The translations under genes were made by a program, and so were the position numbers. Below, piece after piece: positions 16,697 through 25,832 of a DNA stretch of 64,000 nt; the stretch's first letter is position 1; the number at the start of each line of letters is the position of its first letter. Source of the DNA: Candidatus Levyibacteriota bacterium (GTDB lineage: Bacteria; Patescibacteriota; Microgenomatia; Levybacterales; UBA12049). The notes beneath the pieces are model-generated. The model searched no databases, had not been told where the DNA came from, and was given only the letters and a program-made list of their open reading frames with translations. The DNA lies in assembly GCA_963790825.1 (NCBI GenBank), contig CAWBPM010000004.1:158987-222986 (forward strand). Direction: 5' to 3'.

Positions 16697-18319
16697 GTGA
16701 GAGTAAAGAGCGAAAGCTTTACGCTTACTGGTTCAACTTATATAAATAATAGTATGAGAATAAAGAAAATACATCTAAAAAATTTCAAAAGATTTGATAA
16801 TCTAACAATAGATTTAGGTAATGACCCTAAAAAAATCATAGCTCTTGTTGGTCCAAATGGTTGTGGCAAAAGCTCCGTATTTGATGCTTTTGAAGAAAAA
16901 TTAAAAGATTATAAGGGGGCTAATGTCACTGAGCTTGCCTCTTTCTTTTCTAAATTATGGCACTCCAACGATCCTGCTCTCAAATCAGAAACTTATAATA
17001 AAGGAGAATCAATAAAAATACATAGAGAAGATGATAGTGAGAATTTTGATAAAAAAAGCTTTACTATTAGATCTGCATATAGGTTTACGCCTAAATTATC
17101 TGTTGATAGCGTTAGAACAAAACCTAGTATTATTGAAAATAAAGAAAGACCAGGTAGTAGTATTGCTATAGATTCTCAGTTGAGTGATAACTACGAAAGA
17201 TTACTGGGTAAACTAATCAATGAATTTTTTAATGGTACAAAAACAGGACAAGAAACTCGTGAAGAAATTCTAGGGAAGATTAACGCTATTTTAGAGAATA
17301 TATTGGATATAAAAATATCTAATTTAGGGGATGTTACCGCTGGTAAAGGGCAGCTATACTTTCTGAAAGAAAGCTCTAAGGATTTTCCATTTGAGAATTT
17401 GTCTTCTGGGGAGAAAGAAGTCGTGGATATCATTGTTGACTTGATTATTAAATCTTCAGACTATAACAACACTGTTTATTGCATAGATGAACCAGAGTTA
17501 CACCTAAATACTGCAATACAACGAAAACTACTTATTGAAGTCGAAAAACTTATACCCGACAACTGTCAATTATGGGTTGCTACTCATAGCATAGGTTTCT
17601 TAAGAGCCCTTCAAACTGACTTGAGGGATAAAACACAAGTTTTGGATTTCTCCGAGAAAGATTATTTTAACGGGGCAAAAACAATCATTCCAATCAATCA
17701 AACACGAAGAAATTGGCAACGTATCTTTAAAACTGCCCTAGAAGACTTAACTGGACTTATTGCACCCGAAAAAATTATTTATTGTGAAGGCAGAGCCGAT
17801 CCAACTTCTCAGGGAAACGAACAAGGATTAGATGCAACAGTTTATAATGAAATTTTTGAAGAAACTAACCCAGAAACATTATTTATATCAGCTGGTGGAG
17901 GGATACCACATATAAACCATTCTGCTATTGCTCTCCAAATTCTGTCAAAAGCATTCCAAGGAGTAGAGCTCTTTTTATTAAAAGATAAAGATGAAAAAAC
18001 CGATGCTGAGAGAACTACATTTATTAGCTCTACACCAGAAAATAAGATGTTAACAAGGCGAGAAATAGAGAACTATTTATTTGATATTGAAATTTTGAAA
18101 AACTACAGTAGTAAGAATGGTAGAACACTAGATGAGCAAAAATACTCGCAGATTGTTATAGATATTAAACAACAAGATTTGAAGCTAGGTCAAATACTAC
18201 AGAGCTTACAGCATTTGTGTGGAGCAAGTGGAAGTATAAGTGATTTCAAAATTGAACTTGCGAAATATATTATTCCTGAAACTTCAGTCTATTCCGAACT
18301 GAAGGGATGTATTTTTTAG
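16697..18319 (+). CDS. OLD-family / PARIS-like ABC-ATPase fused to a short Toprim (DUF4435-like) nuclease domain
   Basis: Walker A GPNGCGKSS, Walker B VYCIDEPELHL, H-loop WVATHS. C-terminal IIYCEGRADP (Toprim Glu) and LLKDKDE (DxD), ending REIENYLFD. Confidence 0.6.
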   Translation: MRVKSESFTLTGSTYINNSMRIKKIHLKNFKRFDNLTIDLGNDPKKIIALVGPNGCGKSSVFDAFEEKLKDYKGANVTELASFFSKLWHSNDPALKSETYNKGESIKIHREDDSENFDKKSFTIRSAYRFTPKLSVDSVRTKPSIIENKERPGSSIAIDSQLSDNYERLLGKLINEFFNGTKTGQETREEILGKINAILENILDIKISNLGDVTAGKGQLYFLKESSKDFPFENLSSGEKEVVDIIVDLIIKSSDYNNTVYCIDEPELHLNTAIQRKLLIEVEKLIPDNCQLWVATHSIGFLRALQTDLRDKTQVLDFSEKDYFNGAKTIIPINQTRRNWQRIFKTALEDLTGLIAPEKIIYCEGRADPTSQGNEQGLDATVYNEIFEETNPETLFISAGGGIPHINHSAIALQILSKAFQGVELFLLKDKDEKTDAERTTFISSTPENKMLTRREIENYLFDIEILKNYSSKNGRTLDEQKYSQIVIDIKQQDLKLGQILQSLQHLCGASGSISDFKIELAKYIIPETSVYSELKGCIF

Positions 18320-18423
18320 AATTAGCTTGGACTGTTATAATCAAACAACTTTCCGAGGACAGCGAGTAGCTTGCGGTTGAGAAAAAGTTTTGCGAGGAAC
18401 ACCAATCCTCGGAAAGGTTAAAA

Positions 18424-18585
18424 ATGAGAAAGGTTGTTAAACCTAATATCATCTATAAGTACGTTGGCGATGAATCTCCTGAAAAGAAGAAAGAGGCAGA
18501 AAGAATAATACAGGATTTCTATTTCTCATTGTTTGATGAAACCGCAAGAAGGATCAGGGAAAAGCAAAAATCCAAAAAGAAATGA
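18424..18585 (+). CDS. small hypothetical protein (53 aa), possible last gene of operon
   Basis: GGAAAGG Shine-Dalgarno-like sequence before the ATG; lies between the nuclease gene and the terminator. Confidence 0.3.
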   Translation: MRKVVKPNIIYKYVGDESPEKKKEAERIIQDFYFSLFDETARRIREKQKSKKK

Positions 18586-18709
18586 GTTTTGCATTCAGTA
18601 GTCTTGCTAGAATTTTGTTTACCTATTTACTATACTTGAATTACCTTTTGAGTTTTTTACGTGCAAGATGTTTTTGGTTTGCAAGGAGCGAACTCGTCCG
18701 TAAAAAGGA

Positions 18710-18746
18710 AACCGAGACCCTAGCCAGTCTCGGTTTATTATTTTTT
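18710..18746 (+). terminator. rho-independent terminator
   Basis: GAAACCGAGACCC-tagcca-GTCTCGGTTT hairpin followed by TTATTATTTTTT. Confidence 0.55.
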
Positions 18747-18870
18747 AGGCTGCGTATAGAAAGTGCGCCACGGGTGGCGAGTTTTATTGCTTAAATCCTT
18801 CAAAGCGGCATAGATTTTTGAACACCTATATGCTGACCTGGGTATTCAGAGAGAACGAATGTTTCTGTAG

Positions 18871-18983
18871 TTTCTTAATTTCCATCCATCTTTGTCTTAG
18901 CTCTCCTATATACCTTAGATCCTGAAAAGACTGGATAATTGAAGTGAAATCCAAGGGTATAATAAGACGAGGCTCGGGGAGCT
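18871..18983 (+). repeat. ~115-nt intergenic repeat family, copy A
   Basis: Shares ...ctttgtcttagct..cctatata.cttag.tcctgaaaaga...tataataa.a.gaggctcggggagct with copies at 21166, 23164 and 31905. Confidence 0.5.
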
Positions 18984-19109
18984 TTTTAAGTCGAGTTACG
19001 ACCACGATTTAGGTTGATAAGATAGTATAATTTACAATGTTTCTGGGGATGGTTTTCTGAAAGTCATGCCAAGTGTACGATGTAGGGAACTAACTTCCCA
19101 AGACATACA

Positions 19110-19451
19110 TTATAAAGGTTTAGATAAAAAGGCGAATACGAATAATATAGACAGGAGGATTATTAGTACAAAAATTCCCACAACTATTGCTCGATTGTTA
19201 TGGTGGTCTCCGTTCTTAGTTTGAACAATAAGCTTAGTAAATGTATGGTTCCAAAATAAATTTAGTGGGTAGGCTATGACAAAAATCGAAAAGGACAGCA
19301 TTAATAAGGAGGCAATTATAAAACCAATAATAGATGAAGCAAAATTTGAGAAAAGAGTTGACCAGAAATATGGAAAAATAACGAAAAAACCAATATAGAG
19401 TGATAATGCTAAAATAACTAGATTGCCTGCCCAATAGATAATCTTTTTCAT
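19110..19451 (-). CDS. small integral membrane protein, hypothetical
   Basis: Highly hydrophobic 113-aa ORF. Confidence 0.35.
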   Translation of the reverse strand: MKKIIYWAGNLVILALSLYIGFFVIFPYFWSTLFSNFASSIIGFIIASLLMLSFSIFVIAYPLNLFWNHTFTKLIVQTKNGDHHNNRAIVVGIFVLIILLSILFVFAFLSKPL

Positions 19452-19522
19452 ACTAGATAACTAATATAAGCATACTGGAAATATTATTAACGGACAAGTA
19501 TCACTAGAGTCTAATACCTCTC

Positions 19523-19558
19523 ATACCAGTTCCCCACATATTCAACCAGAGGGAGCAA
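19523..19558 (+). repeat. 36-bp perfect direct repeat, copy 1 (ataccagttccccacatattcaaccagagggagcaa)
   Basis: Identical 36-mer recurs at 23746-23781 in the same orientation. Confidence 0.7.
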
Positions 19559-19628
19559 TTGGCCCTTAATATAATATTCTGAATAAGTCGCGATACATTT
19601 CGGAACTTTGAATCTAATTTAAAGTTCT

Positions 19629-20657
19629 ATGGCAAGTGATTTTAAACGAGTCAGATACATACGACCAAAACTCTCCAAATTGAGCTATCATATCGAGATG
19701 AAGGCTCTTGAGGATGCAATGGCTTGTGAGTTATCAGATGTTGCTGCTTTTAGGATGCATGTGATCACCCATTACTACAAATATGGACTGCGTGCCACTC
19801 TTGATGCTTTTAATCTGAAACAAAGTACTTTCTATGACTGGAAGTGGGCATATGAGAGAAACAATCGGCGTGTCATTGCACTTGTTCCAAAATCAACACA
19901 ACCAAAAACAACAAGAGTAATGAAAACTGATCCACAGATAATTGAATTCATTAAGCAGATGCGAGTGGGACATGGGAACATAGGAAAAGAAATGATCAAA
20001 CCATTTGTGGATGCTTATTGCAAAAAACTTGGTATCAATACCATAGGACCAACTACTATTGGAAAGATCATCAAAAGGAAGAACTTTACCTTTGAGAAGA
20101 AGGTTTACCCACAAAAACAGCAAAACAGGTTCAAAAAGCTAAGAGTCAGAAAGTCTCCAAAGGTGACAAGTCCCGGATTTATCCAAATGGATTCCATAGT
20201 GGTATATATCAACTATGAGAAACATTTGTTTATGAGTGTGATTGATATTTTTACTAAATATGCACATGTCGTATATGTGGATACAATTTCTTCAGCAAAT
20301 GCAAAAAGAGTTTTCCAAGAGTTTATAGAGCTTAATCCGACATCCATTCATACAGTGCAAACAGACAATGGCTCTGAATTTCTCAAATCTTTCCATGCAT
20401 ATTTAGAAGAGCAACAGATTAAGCACCAATTCATTTATCCCAGAATGCCAAAGATCAATTCCTACATCGAGAGGTTTAACAGAACTATTCAAGAAGAGTT
20501 TATTCTCAGAAATGATGAGATTTATTACGATATTCCAGCTATGAACAGGAAACTCACCAAATATCTTTTCTGGTACAATTACCAAAGACCTCACAGGTCA
20601 CTTCATTACATGTCGCCTATGTCATTTATTGAAACCAATCTTCCGAAATGTGGGTGA
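19629..20657 (+). CDS. IS481-family-like DDE transposase (HTH + rve integrase core)
   Basis: Single 342-aa ORF with ...VQTDNGSEF...YNYQRPHRSL integrase-core motifs. Confidence 0.75.
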   Translation: MASDFKRVRYIRPKLSKLSYHIEMKALEDAMACELSDVAAFRMHVITHYYKYGLRATLDAFNLKQSTFYDWKWAYERNNRRVIALVPKSTQPKTTRVMKTDPQIIEFIKQMRVGHGNIGKEMIKPFVDAYCKKLGINTIGPTTIGKIIKRKNFTFEKKVYPQKQQNRFKKLRVRKSPKVTSPGFIQMDSIVVYINYEKHLFMSVIDIFTKYAHVVYVDTISSANAKRVFQEFIELNPTSIHTVQTDNGSEFLKSFHAYLEEQQIKHQFIYPRMPKINSYIERFNRTIQEEFILRNDEIYYDIPAMNRKLTKYLFWYNYQRPHRSLHYMSPMSFIETNLPKCG

Positions 20658-20704
20658 CGCGTACATATTCTCAGCCCCAAAATCGTATCTGATATAATCT
20701 TTAC

Positions 20705-21115
20705 ATGGATCAAGTTATAAAAATTGGCTGTGAAATATTCGTTATCAAAGAAGGCAAACTCTTATTTGGTATAAGAAAAAATATTTATGGAGATGGTTCA
20801 TGGGGATTACCTGGCGGACATTTAGAGTATGGAGAAAAATTAGTTGATGCTGCAAAGAGAGAGTTGGAGGAAGAAACCGGGATTAAAAATGTAGACCTTA
20901 TATTAACCAATATTGTTGATGACCCACGAGAAGACCAGCATTATCTTCATGTTGCGTTTAAGTTAGATAACTATAAAGGGGATGTTGAACTAAAAGAGCC
21001 AGAAAAGTGTGAGGAATGGAAATTTTTTCCTCTTGATAGTTTGCCTGAAAACATTTTTATTGGGCACAGGAAAATTATAGGTACTTTTCTTAAAGATAAG
21101 CTTTATTTGTATTAA
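20705..21115 (+). CDS. NUDIX hydrolase
   Basis: Nudix box GGHLEYGEKLVDAAKRELEEETGI. Confidence 0.8.
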   Translation: MDQVIKIGCEIFVIKEGKLLFGIRKNIYGDGSWGLPGGHLEYGEKLVDAAKRELEEETGIKNVDLILTNIVDDPREDQHYLHVAFKLDNYKGDVELKEPEKCEEWKFFPLDSLPENIFIGHRKIIGTFLKDKLYLY

Positions 21116-21165
21116 TTAAGGGATTGACTTAACATCGTCTACTCTAAATTAAGTTGCAAGTGCAG

Positions 21166-21282
21166 AATTTAATTGTAATTTCTTTATTTCCTCCCACCTT
21201 TGCCTCAATTCCCCGATATGGCCTAGATTCTGGAAGGATTCTATTACTTTTGCAGTTATAATAATCTCAGGCTCGGGGAGCT
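21166..21282 (+). repeat. ~115-nt intergenic repeat family, copy B
   Basis: aatttaattgtaatttcttt...cctttgcctcaattcc...ttttgcagttataataatctcaggctcggggagct; closest to copy C. Confidence 0.55.
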
Positions 21283-21418
21283 CGATAGCCTCAACTCATG
21301 CCTAAAAAGTTCACGAAACTAGAACTTTTTTAGTTATTTTCTTCAAATAGGAATAATACTAAATATATCCTTTGCAGACGCTCTCGAATTCGATGGTAAC
21401 ACAACGGAATAAGAAGAT

Positions 21419-22237
21419 TTAATTCTTACTTCTATCTAATCTCCAAGTTGATGAGACAAATCTTGGAATCCCTAGAATTCCTCTCTTTTTATAGGTTAAC
21501 TCTCGGAAAGTATGCATATCTTCCATTCTAAAACTAAAAATAACCTCTCTGAAATTTCTTGATAATGCCAGTTCTAAAGCTAATGGAGCAGAGGAAATTC
21601 TATTGAAATTAACCCTCGGATCAGTAAGTATTTCCTCGTCCAAACAAGTGGGCGTTTCTGAGTAAATTCTATGCTTGCCTTTTCCCTCTGTTTCGGCTGT
21701 TTCGCCCGGCTTTACTTTTGACAGTAAATCTAACGCCATGTCTTTCCCAAATAATATTTGCTCCCCCTGCGATAGCGGTAGATCGCGCCCTGAACTGCCA
21801 GGACCCTGAGATAAGGCTGATAAAGTAATTTTACAGGGCTCTTCGGGGTCAGCCAAATTACCGAAATCCAGTAAAGGCGAAAAGGGTTCATTGATACGCA
21901 GAGAAATATTATTATGACGCATAAAATACAACTCACGTTCACCTACCGTAAGATGTGGATGAACAACATGCTCCATTCGTCTTTGTGCACTATAAATAAT
22001 TGAAAGTGCTCTCCACCCATATTTTGAAATTATTCTAATTGGTTCCTGCCTTAAGGCATTTTCTTCCGGGGTAGGTCTAAAGGGTCCATCTGTAGCCATA
22101 AATATACTCCTTTTTGGAACAGCAGCGGAATAATACTCTCTGGGAAACAAATTGTCAAATAGGTGTGGAACTGCAAGACATGGGTTACGCTCAGATTTTA
22201 GCTTTTTCTCTAAATCTTTCATACGGTGTTTGTCCAT
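21419..22237 (-). CDS. hypothetical protein, GC-richer than surroundings, overlapping transposase 3' end
   Basis: 272-aa ORF at roughly 48% GC in a ~35% GC context; no recognised motif. Confidence 0.35.
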   Translation of the reverse strand: MDKHRMKDLEKKLKSERNPCLAVPHLFDNLFPREYYSAAVPKRSIFMATDGPFRPTPEENALRQEPIRIISKYGWRALSIIYSAQRRMEHVVHPHLTVGERELYFMRHNNISLRINEPFSPLLDFGNLADPEEPCKITLSALSQGPGSSGRDLPLSQGEQILFGKDMALDLLSKVKPGETAETEGKGKHRIYSETPTCLDEEILTDPRVNFNRISSAPLALELALSRNFREVIFSFRMEDMHTFRELTYKKRGILGIPRFVSSTWRLDRSKN

Positions 22238-23108
22238 TTAATGCCGAATGTGGTCTTTCAAAGTTGTAGAAGTTTTCCCACTCCTGCAGTTTTTCATTAA
22301 ATAGCTTGGTATCATCAATAACTACTCCTTCTAACATACGATAGAACTCCTCTTCGTCAATTCTGTGAGATCGTTCAACTTTTCCATTAAGCCTTGGTGT
22401 TCTTGGTCTAATATACACATGATTAATTCCTTTATCAAGGATGTGCCAATGGAATTGGCCTTGAAACTCTGATCCGTTATCTGTCTGAATTACTTCGGTA
22501 TGAAACGGTAGTCGAGAAAGAACATAATCAACAAACTGTATTGCAGTTAACTGGTTGTTTCTCTCATATATTTTTAACACCCTGAGTCTTGTACAATCAT
22601 CAATTGCAGTGAATTGATAATATCTTTGCCTTGTATCTTTTATTCGCTCAAGAAACTTTACATCCACTTGTATGCTGTGGCCCGGTTGAGGCTTTTCATA
22701 CCGTTTCCACCGCTCTGTGTGCTTTTTGTATCGTTGATTTGCTGGGAGTAAATTCATATTTAATCTTTTAAGCATTTTCCAAATACTTGATCTGTTAATG
22801 ACAATTCCATGATATCGTTCTAAGTACATCTTTATGCGTAGTGGACCAAAATGATAGGTTTGTCTTAAGTACACAACTTTAGCAACAATTTCAACTGGCG
22901 TTGCCATAGGGCTATTGTGTGGGCGTCTTGATTTATCTCGTAATCCTTCTTCACCCTCTTCTTGGTAACGTTTAAGCCACTCATAATACGCTGTCCTACC
23001 GATTCCGTAATACCTACAGGTTTTTGCTACATTGTGTGTAACTTCTTCCATGTGTCGTAGAACTCCCAGTCGCCATTTTTGCAATCGTTTTATTTCTTGT
23101 TCAGACAT
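22191..23108 (-). CDS. IS481-family DDE transposase
   Basis: N-terminal HTH (TCRYYGIGRTAYYEWLKRY), rve core ...IQTDNGSEFQGQ...YNFERPHSAL. Confidence 0.8.
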   Translation of the reverse strand: MSEQEIKRLQKWRLGVLRHMEEVTHNVAKTCRYYGIGRTAYYEWLKRYQEEGEEGLRDKSRRPHNSPMATPVEIVAKVVYLRQTYHFGPLRIKMYLERYHGIVINRSSIWKMLKRLNMNLLPANQRYKKHTERWKRYEKPQPGHSIQVDVKFLERIKDTRQRYYQFTAIDDCTRLRVLKIYERNNQLTAIQFVDYVLSRLPFHTEVIQTDNGSEFQGQFHWHILDKGINHVYIRPRTPRLNGKVERSHRIDEEEFYRMLEGVVIDDTKLFNEKLQEWENFYNFERPHSALNGQTPYERFREKAKI

Positions 23109-23163
23109 AGTCGATATTTTAACACTAAAAAGTGTTCGCTATGTCCTGCAGTTTTATAATAGG

Positions 23164-23279
23164 ATTTAATTGTAATTTCTTAATCTCTCCCCACCTTTGC
23201 CTCAGTTCTCCAATGTAGCTCAAGTTTTGAAAAGAATCTATTATTTTTGCCGTTATAATAATTCTAAGCTCGAGGAGCT
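23164..23279 (+). repeat. ~115-nt intergenic repeat family, copy C
   Basis: gatttaattgtaatttcttaatctctccccacctttgcctcagttctcc...ttttgccgttataataattctaagctcgaggagct. Confidence 0.55.
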
Positions 23280-23328
23280 TTGAATTTAGAGTCTGACAAA
23301 TCCCATTTTTTATGATAGAATCTCCACG

Positions 23329-23703
23329 ATGAAAACAGAGGTTCCGTACTTCATCCGAATGAGGGGTTGTATTAATTGCCAAGCCTCCAAGGATTTGAAA
23401 GCAAAGACTGGCCATGATTATGGCTTTGATCATGAAATTATTGTAAGATGTGTCTTGATGGGCTGCAAATTCTATGGTCAGGATCTGATGAATCCATACT
23501 ATGATCCTGCAGAGATAGTGCGGTTAGCAAACAAGGCGGGAACTCTCCAAGTACAAAGTGGAACGAGAAAACTTCTGCAAAACTTGCAGACACAATATGA
23601 GAAGTTCTACCAGAGAGAAAATATCTCTATAGAAGATGTATCAAAGGGACTTGGAACTTCGCTAATGCCAGACACAGCAAATCCTAGAAATCGCCCAATG
23701 TAA
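23329..23703 (+). CDS. hypothetical protein (124 aa, Cys-containing)
   Basis: ORF between repeat copy C and the second 36-bp repeat. Confidence 0.3.
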   Translation: MKTEVPYFIRMRGCINCQASKDLKAKTGHDYGFDHEIIVRCVLMGCKFYGQDLMNPYYDPAEIVRLANKAGTLQVQSGTRKLLQNLQTQYEKFYQRENISIEDVSKGLGTSLMPDTANPRNRPM

Positions 23704-23745
23704 CAAGCAAAAAATATAAAGAGAAGTTATTTAAGGGTAATTCAA

Positions 23746-23781
23746 ATACCAGTTCCCCACATATTCAACCAGAGGGAGCAA
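23746..23781 (+). repeat. 36-bp perfect direct repeat, copy 2
   Basis: Identical to 19523-19558. Confidence 0.7.
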
Positions 23782-23815
23782 GCTCATCCCCGAAAGCCTC
23801 TTATAATGACCCAGT

Positions 23816-24430
23816 TCACAGGGTATTTTTATTTAAATCGCCTGTAAGATATCTTTGTAGCGTTGGCGCAAGGTATTCTATTAATTTATCCGGTGGCAGC
23901 GAGGCCAACGGCTGAATTTTTAGAATGTAGCGCACAATAACTACCCCGAGTAATTGTGATTGAATAAGAGTCACCCGAAGCTCAGCGTTGTCCAGTTCCT
24001 TATAATTCTTAAAAACGTTCAGTATAGGGCGTATAAGTACTTCTTTTAAGAGTGATGCTGCTCCGGGTACCTGGACTACGGCGCGCATTGCACTGACTAT
24101 CAGATGATTTGTTGCCTTAGATTCAAGTATACCGACAAAGAGCGTTGCTAGTCTCAAACCGAGTGTTTCTGTATTTCCTGTAAGTTCTCTTGTTATTTTT
24201 TCCGGTATGTGCTGCGCCGGTGCCATGACTGCTACAAAAAGTTCCTGCTTTGTTCCAAAGTAATGCATAACCAGTGCAGGGTCCACCTCCGCCAATCTTG
24301 CAATTCCCCTAATCGTTGTCTGGTCATAGCTTGTATTGGCAAATAATGACTGCGCAACGACAATTATCTTTGTCTTCGTCTCATTTTGTCCAGGACGTCT
24401 ACCCATCTTTTTACTTAATTCACCCATCAT
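23816..24430 (-). CDS. TetR-family transcriptional regulator
   Basis: N-terminal TetR HTH KTKIIVVAQSLFANTSYDQTTIRGIARLAEVDPALVMHYF. Confidence 0.7.
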   Translation of the reverse strand: MMGELSKKMGRRPGQNETKTKIIVVAQSLFANTSYDQTTIRGIARLAEVDPALVMHYFGTKQELFVAVMAPAQHIPEKITRELTGNTETLGLRLATLFVGILESKATNHLIVSAMRAVVQVPGAASLLKEVLIRPILNVFKNYKELDNAELRVTLIQSQLLGVVIVRYILKIQPLASLPPDKLIEYLAPTLQRYLTGDLNKNTL

Positions 24431-24496
24431 CTACATATTATACTACATGTAAAATATAATTCAACATTGTTGACATATTCATAATAACTGCTTATA

Positions 24497-25792
24497 ATGC
24501 AACTATCGCATGTTGGTTGGTTTAGAGAACACAACAGACATGGTTATAAAACATACTATGCGTATATGAATAAAGGCTTATCGCAACTTAAAGCTAAAAA
24601 AATTATCATTATCCCTATCGTTATTGTAATTGTTTTTTTTACTATCCAGACAATTCTCCTGTATCAGCCAAGTACGGAGATTGACTACACTGTCAAACAC
24701 GAAAACCTCGTGGATACTATTCTGGTTAGCGGGACATACATGACTGCTTCCCAGGTACCCGTCAATTCTCCAGCCTCCGGTACTATAATCAGTCTTTATG
24801 TGGAAAATGGAGATAGGGTGAAAAAAGGAGATCCACTTTTTTATGTTGAAAGCACTGCGACAACCGATGAGCAAGACGCGGCATATTCGAATTATGAAAG
24901 CGCTCTTAGTGGATTACAAACCGCACAAAACACCATACAAAGTCTTGATGCGGCAATGTGGACTAAACAGCAGGCATATATCTATGCCCAAAATACACAA
25001 AACTACATGAACAATAATACAACAAATCCCGTAACAAAAAATGCCTACACGGATCTTGAAAAATTTGCAATCAATAGCTCGGTTACCCAGGCCCAAAAAG
25101 ATTTCCAAGCCGCAGAGCAGGCATATAAAACCGCCGGAGCCGCAGTAAATGCAGGGCAGGCAGAAGTAGCGCAGACCAAACATCTGTACGAGGAGACACA
25201 AAGCACAACTGTTACCGCACCGGGGGCAGGAATAATTGTAAATTTTAACACTAAGGTGGGCGATTCGGTTTCCGAAGGGAATGCAGGGATGGTGACTGCT
25301 GGATCTTCAGCAGGACAGACATCTATTTCATCATCAGCTCCACAACCCATCCTTGTCATTGCAAATCTTTCAGATCCCCACCTAACAGCTGCGGTTAGTG
25401 AAGATTATGCTGCATGGATAATGGCCGGACAAAAGGTGTCAATCGTCTTTGATTCGCTAAAAAGTAAAACATTTAGCGGTATGGTGCAAAATATCGATAC
25501 AGTTGGAACGGATACAGACGGTGTTATTACTTATAACGCGCGAATTACAGCCGATAATATCACCTCGAACATCAAGCCTGACATGACGGCACTTATCACC
25601 ATTGAAACGCTTCGAAAAAACAATGTGATTGATGTTCCCAATAGCGCAATTATTACAACAAACGGCAGAAGCTTGGTTGAGGATGCAAAAACACGAAGAC
25701 AAATACCCGTTACGCTGGGAGTAAACGGCATGGCAAAGACAGAAGTAACCGGTGGATTAAGAGACGGGGTAATAATAGTTGCCAACCCTTAA
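24497..25792 (+). CDS. efflux periplasmic adaptor (HlyD/MacA-like membrane-fusion protein)
   Basis: N-terminal TM anchor, biotinyl-like PASGTIISLYVENGDRVKKGDPLFYVES, coiled-coil Q/A-rich middle, beta-barrel C-terminus; start may be the internal MNKGL (24566). Confidence 0.65.
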   Translation: MQLSHVGWFREHNRHGYKTYYAYMNKGLSQLKAKKIIIIPIVIVIVFFTIQTILLYQPSTEIDYTVKHENLVDTILVSGTYMTASQVPVNSPASGTIISLYVENGDRVKKGDPLFYVESTATTDEQDAAYSNYESALSGLQTAQNTIQSLDAAMWTKQQAYIYAQNTQNYMNNNTTNPVTKNAYTDLEKFAINSSVTQAQKDFQAAEQAYKTAGAAVNAGQAEVAQTKHLYEETQSTTVTAPGAGIIVNFNTKVGDSVSEGNAGMVTAGSSAGQTSISSSAPQPILVIANLSDPHLTAAVSEDYAAWIMAGQKVSIVFDSLKSKTFSGMVQNIDTVGTDTDGVITYNARITADNITSNIKPDMTALITIETLRKNNVIDVPNSAIITTNGRSLVEDAKTRRQIPVTLGVNGMAKTEVTGGLRDGVIIVANP

Positions 25793-25832
25793 AGAGGTAC
25801 AATTTTAATTTTACATTATATTTTTTATTATT

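Larger units (their letters stand above)
1126..24430. mobile_element. composite accessory/genomic-island region next to tRNA-Asn (two serine recombinases, Xis, IS481 copies, Dcm/Vsr, defence-like operon); right boundary not determined
   Basis: Recombinase abuts tRNA 3' end; low-GC module; IS elements; mobile/defence gene content; pur/znu housekeeping genes only beyond ~24 kb. Confidence 0.35.

Noticed and set aside
19560-20700. Exact IS boundaries and terminal inverted repeats of the two IS481-like elements
   Set aside because: Candidate end sequences (gtcgcgatacat / gacgcgtacatat) are direct rather than inverted, and no clean TIR/TSD pair could be established by eye; only the transposase genes are reported
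24578-25785. Several 80-105-aa minus-strand ORFs inside the membrane-fusion-protein gene
   Set aside because: All are antisense to a gene with clear HlyD-family features; Cys-rich nonsense translations
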